64,000 nt of DNA, from the NCBI RefSeq assembly GCF_009914755.1, contig NC_060931.1, one strand, 5' to 3'. The position numbers and the translations under genes are program-made. Positions 62,632-64,000 of the stretch are shown piece by piece (the first letter of the stretch is position 1; every line of letters starts with the position of its first letter). Origin of the DNA: the human T2T-CHM13v2.0 reference genome, Homo sapiens. The notes below the pieces were generated by a model. That model saw only the letters and a program-made list of their open reading frames with translations, had not been told where the DNA came from and ran no database searches.

Positions 62632-62958
62632 CTGCAAAAACTAAAGGGAGATGAACATTTTCTGTGGCTCTAGAATAGGAATATAAAGACCACTCTGAAT
62701 CATAATCTCTTCCCTATTTGATGTTCTCTGACACTATTCCCATGGAAGTATATATTAATGTGTGTAAAACAAAAAAGTTCTGAGTTAATTAGGAGTAATT
62801 ATCAATAGTACTTTATCTTTTTATGGTAAAAAAAAGTTATAAAGGCAATAACTGCTTGCTAGTCACAGAAAAGATGGGATATTTTTATGATGGGAATTAA
62901 GTCACCTCCATAAAACATTACCAGAAATTACGCTAACAAGAGCTCTATAAAAATAATC

Positions 62959-63272
62959 AGCCAGGCACGGTGGCTCATGCCTGTAATCCCAGCACTTTGG
63001 GAGGCTGAGGCGGACGGATCATGAGGTCAGGAGATCGAGACCATCCTAGCTAACATGGTGAAATCCCATCTCTACCAAAAATACAAAAAAATTAGCCGGG
63101 CATGGTGGCATGCGCCTGTAGTGCCAGCTACTCTGGAGGCTGAGGCAGGAGAATCACTTGAACCCGGGGGGGGGGGGGGGGCGGAGGTTGCAATGAGCCG
63201 AGATCACACCACTGCACTCCAGCATGGATGATAGAGCGAGACTCCGTCTCCAAAAAAAAAAAAAAAAAAAAA
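62959..63272 (+). mobile_element. AluSc-like with internal G16 run
   Basis: Dimer; AACCC(G)16CGGAGG. Confidence 0.9.
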
Positions 63273-63628
63273 CCATACCTACTTAAGACTTAATTACAAT
63301 TTTATGGCTGACACCAATAATCCCCTTTAATATTAAAAATACATCTATAAGCCAAAATAGAAATTTATTTTGCAAAATAAATGGTACAAGGTAAAAAATA
63401 CAGTTTAAAAATATCAAGTCAATTGAGAAACAACCCCAAGCAGTACATTAAACTGTTTAAAATATGCCAAAATAAGTGACTAATTCAAAGTATCCTAACA
63501 TTTTATTTCAATTAAGCAGTTCTAAAACTATAAAGTAAAAATTTTCTGGTGTTATTAACTTAAAGGTTACATATTTAGTGCAAGAAAAAATATAAAACAA
63601 AAGTATTCCCCAACTTAAATATAATTAA

Positions 63629-63941
<313 letters not shown>

Positions 63942-64000
63942 TAAAGTATCTTTTAAAGATATCCACACTTCTTTACTTTTTAAAAACAGATTAATTTTGG

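Overview
Human (primate) genomic DNA: AT-rich and dominated by interspersed repeats. It holds about 50 Alu/FLAM copies (including a near-consensus, human-specific AluYa5), long decayed L1M blocks, L2/MIR, MaLR and ERV1 solo LTRs, Tigger1, MER2, MER3, MER5, MER20 and MADE1 DNA-transposon fossils, and one U6 snRNA retropseudogene. I find no credible protein-coding exon; the listed ORFs are Alu/L1/Tigger read-throughs or chance ORFs. The A-rich + strand, the mostly + oriented old L1s and several minus-strand splice-site pairs suggest a large intron of a gene on the - strand, which I cannot name. The most notable structure is a pair of inverted Tigger1 copies about 20 kb apart. They share the same internal deletions, the same FLAM insertion and many private substitutions, but have unrelated flanks, which fits local re-mobilisation (or wholesale conversion) of an Alu-monomer-carrying non-autonomous Tigger1. 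Also notable are an 84-bp inverted templated insertion copied across a MER2/MER20 junction 2.5 kb away and several smaller template-switch scars. I see no evidence of a new coding system. Repeat subfamily calls come from remembered consensus sequences and boundaries are approximate.
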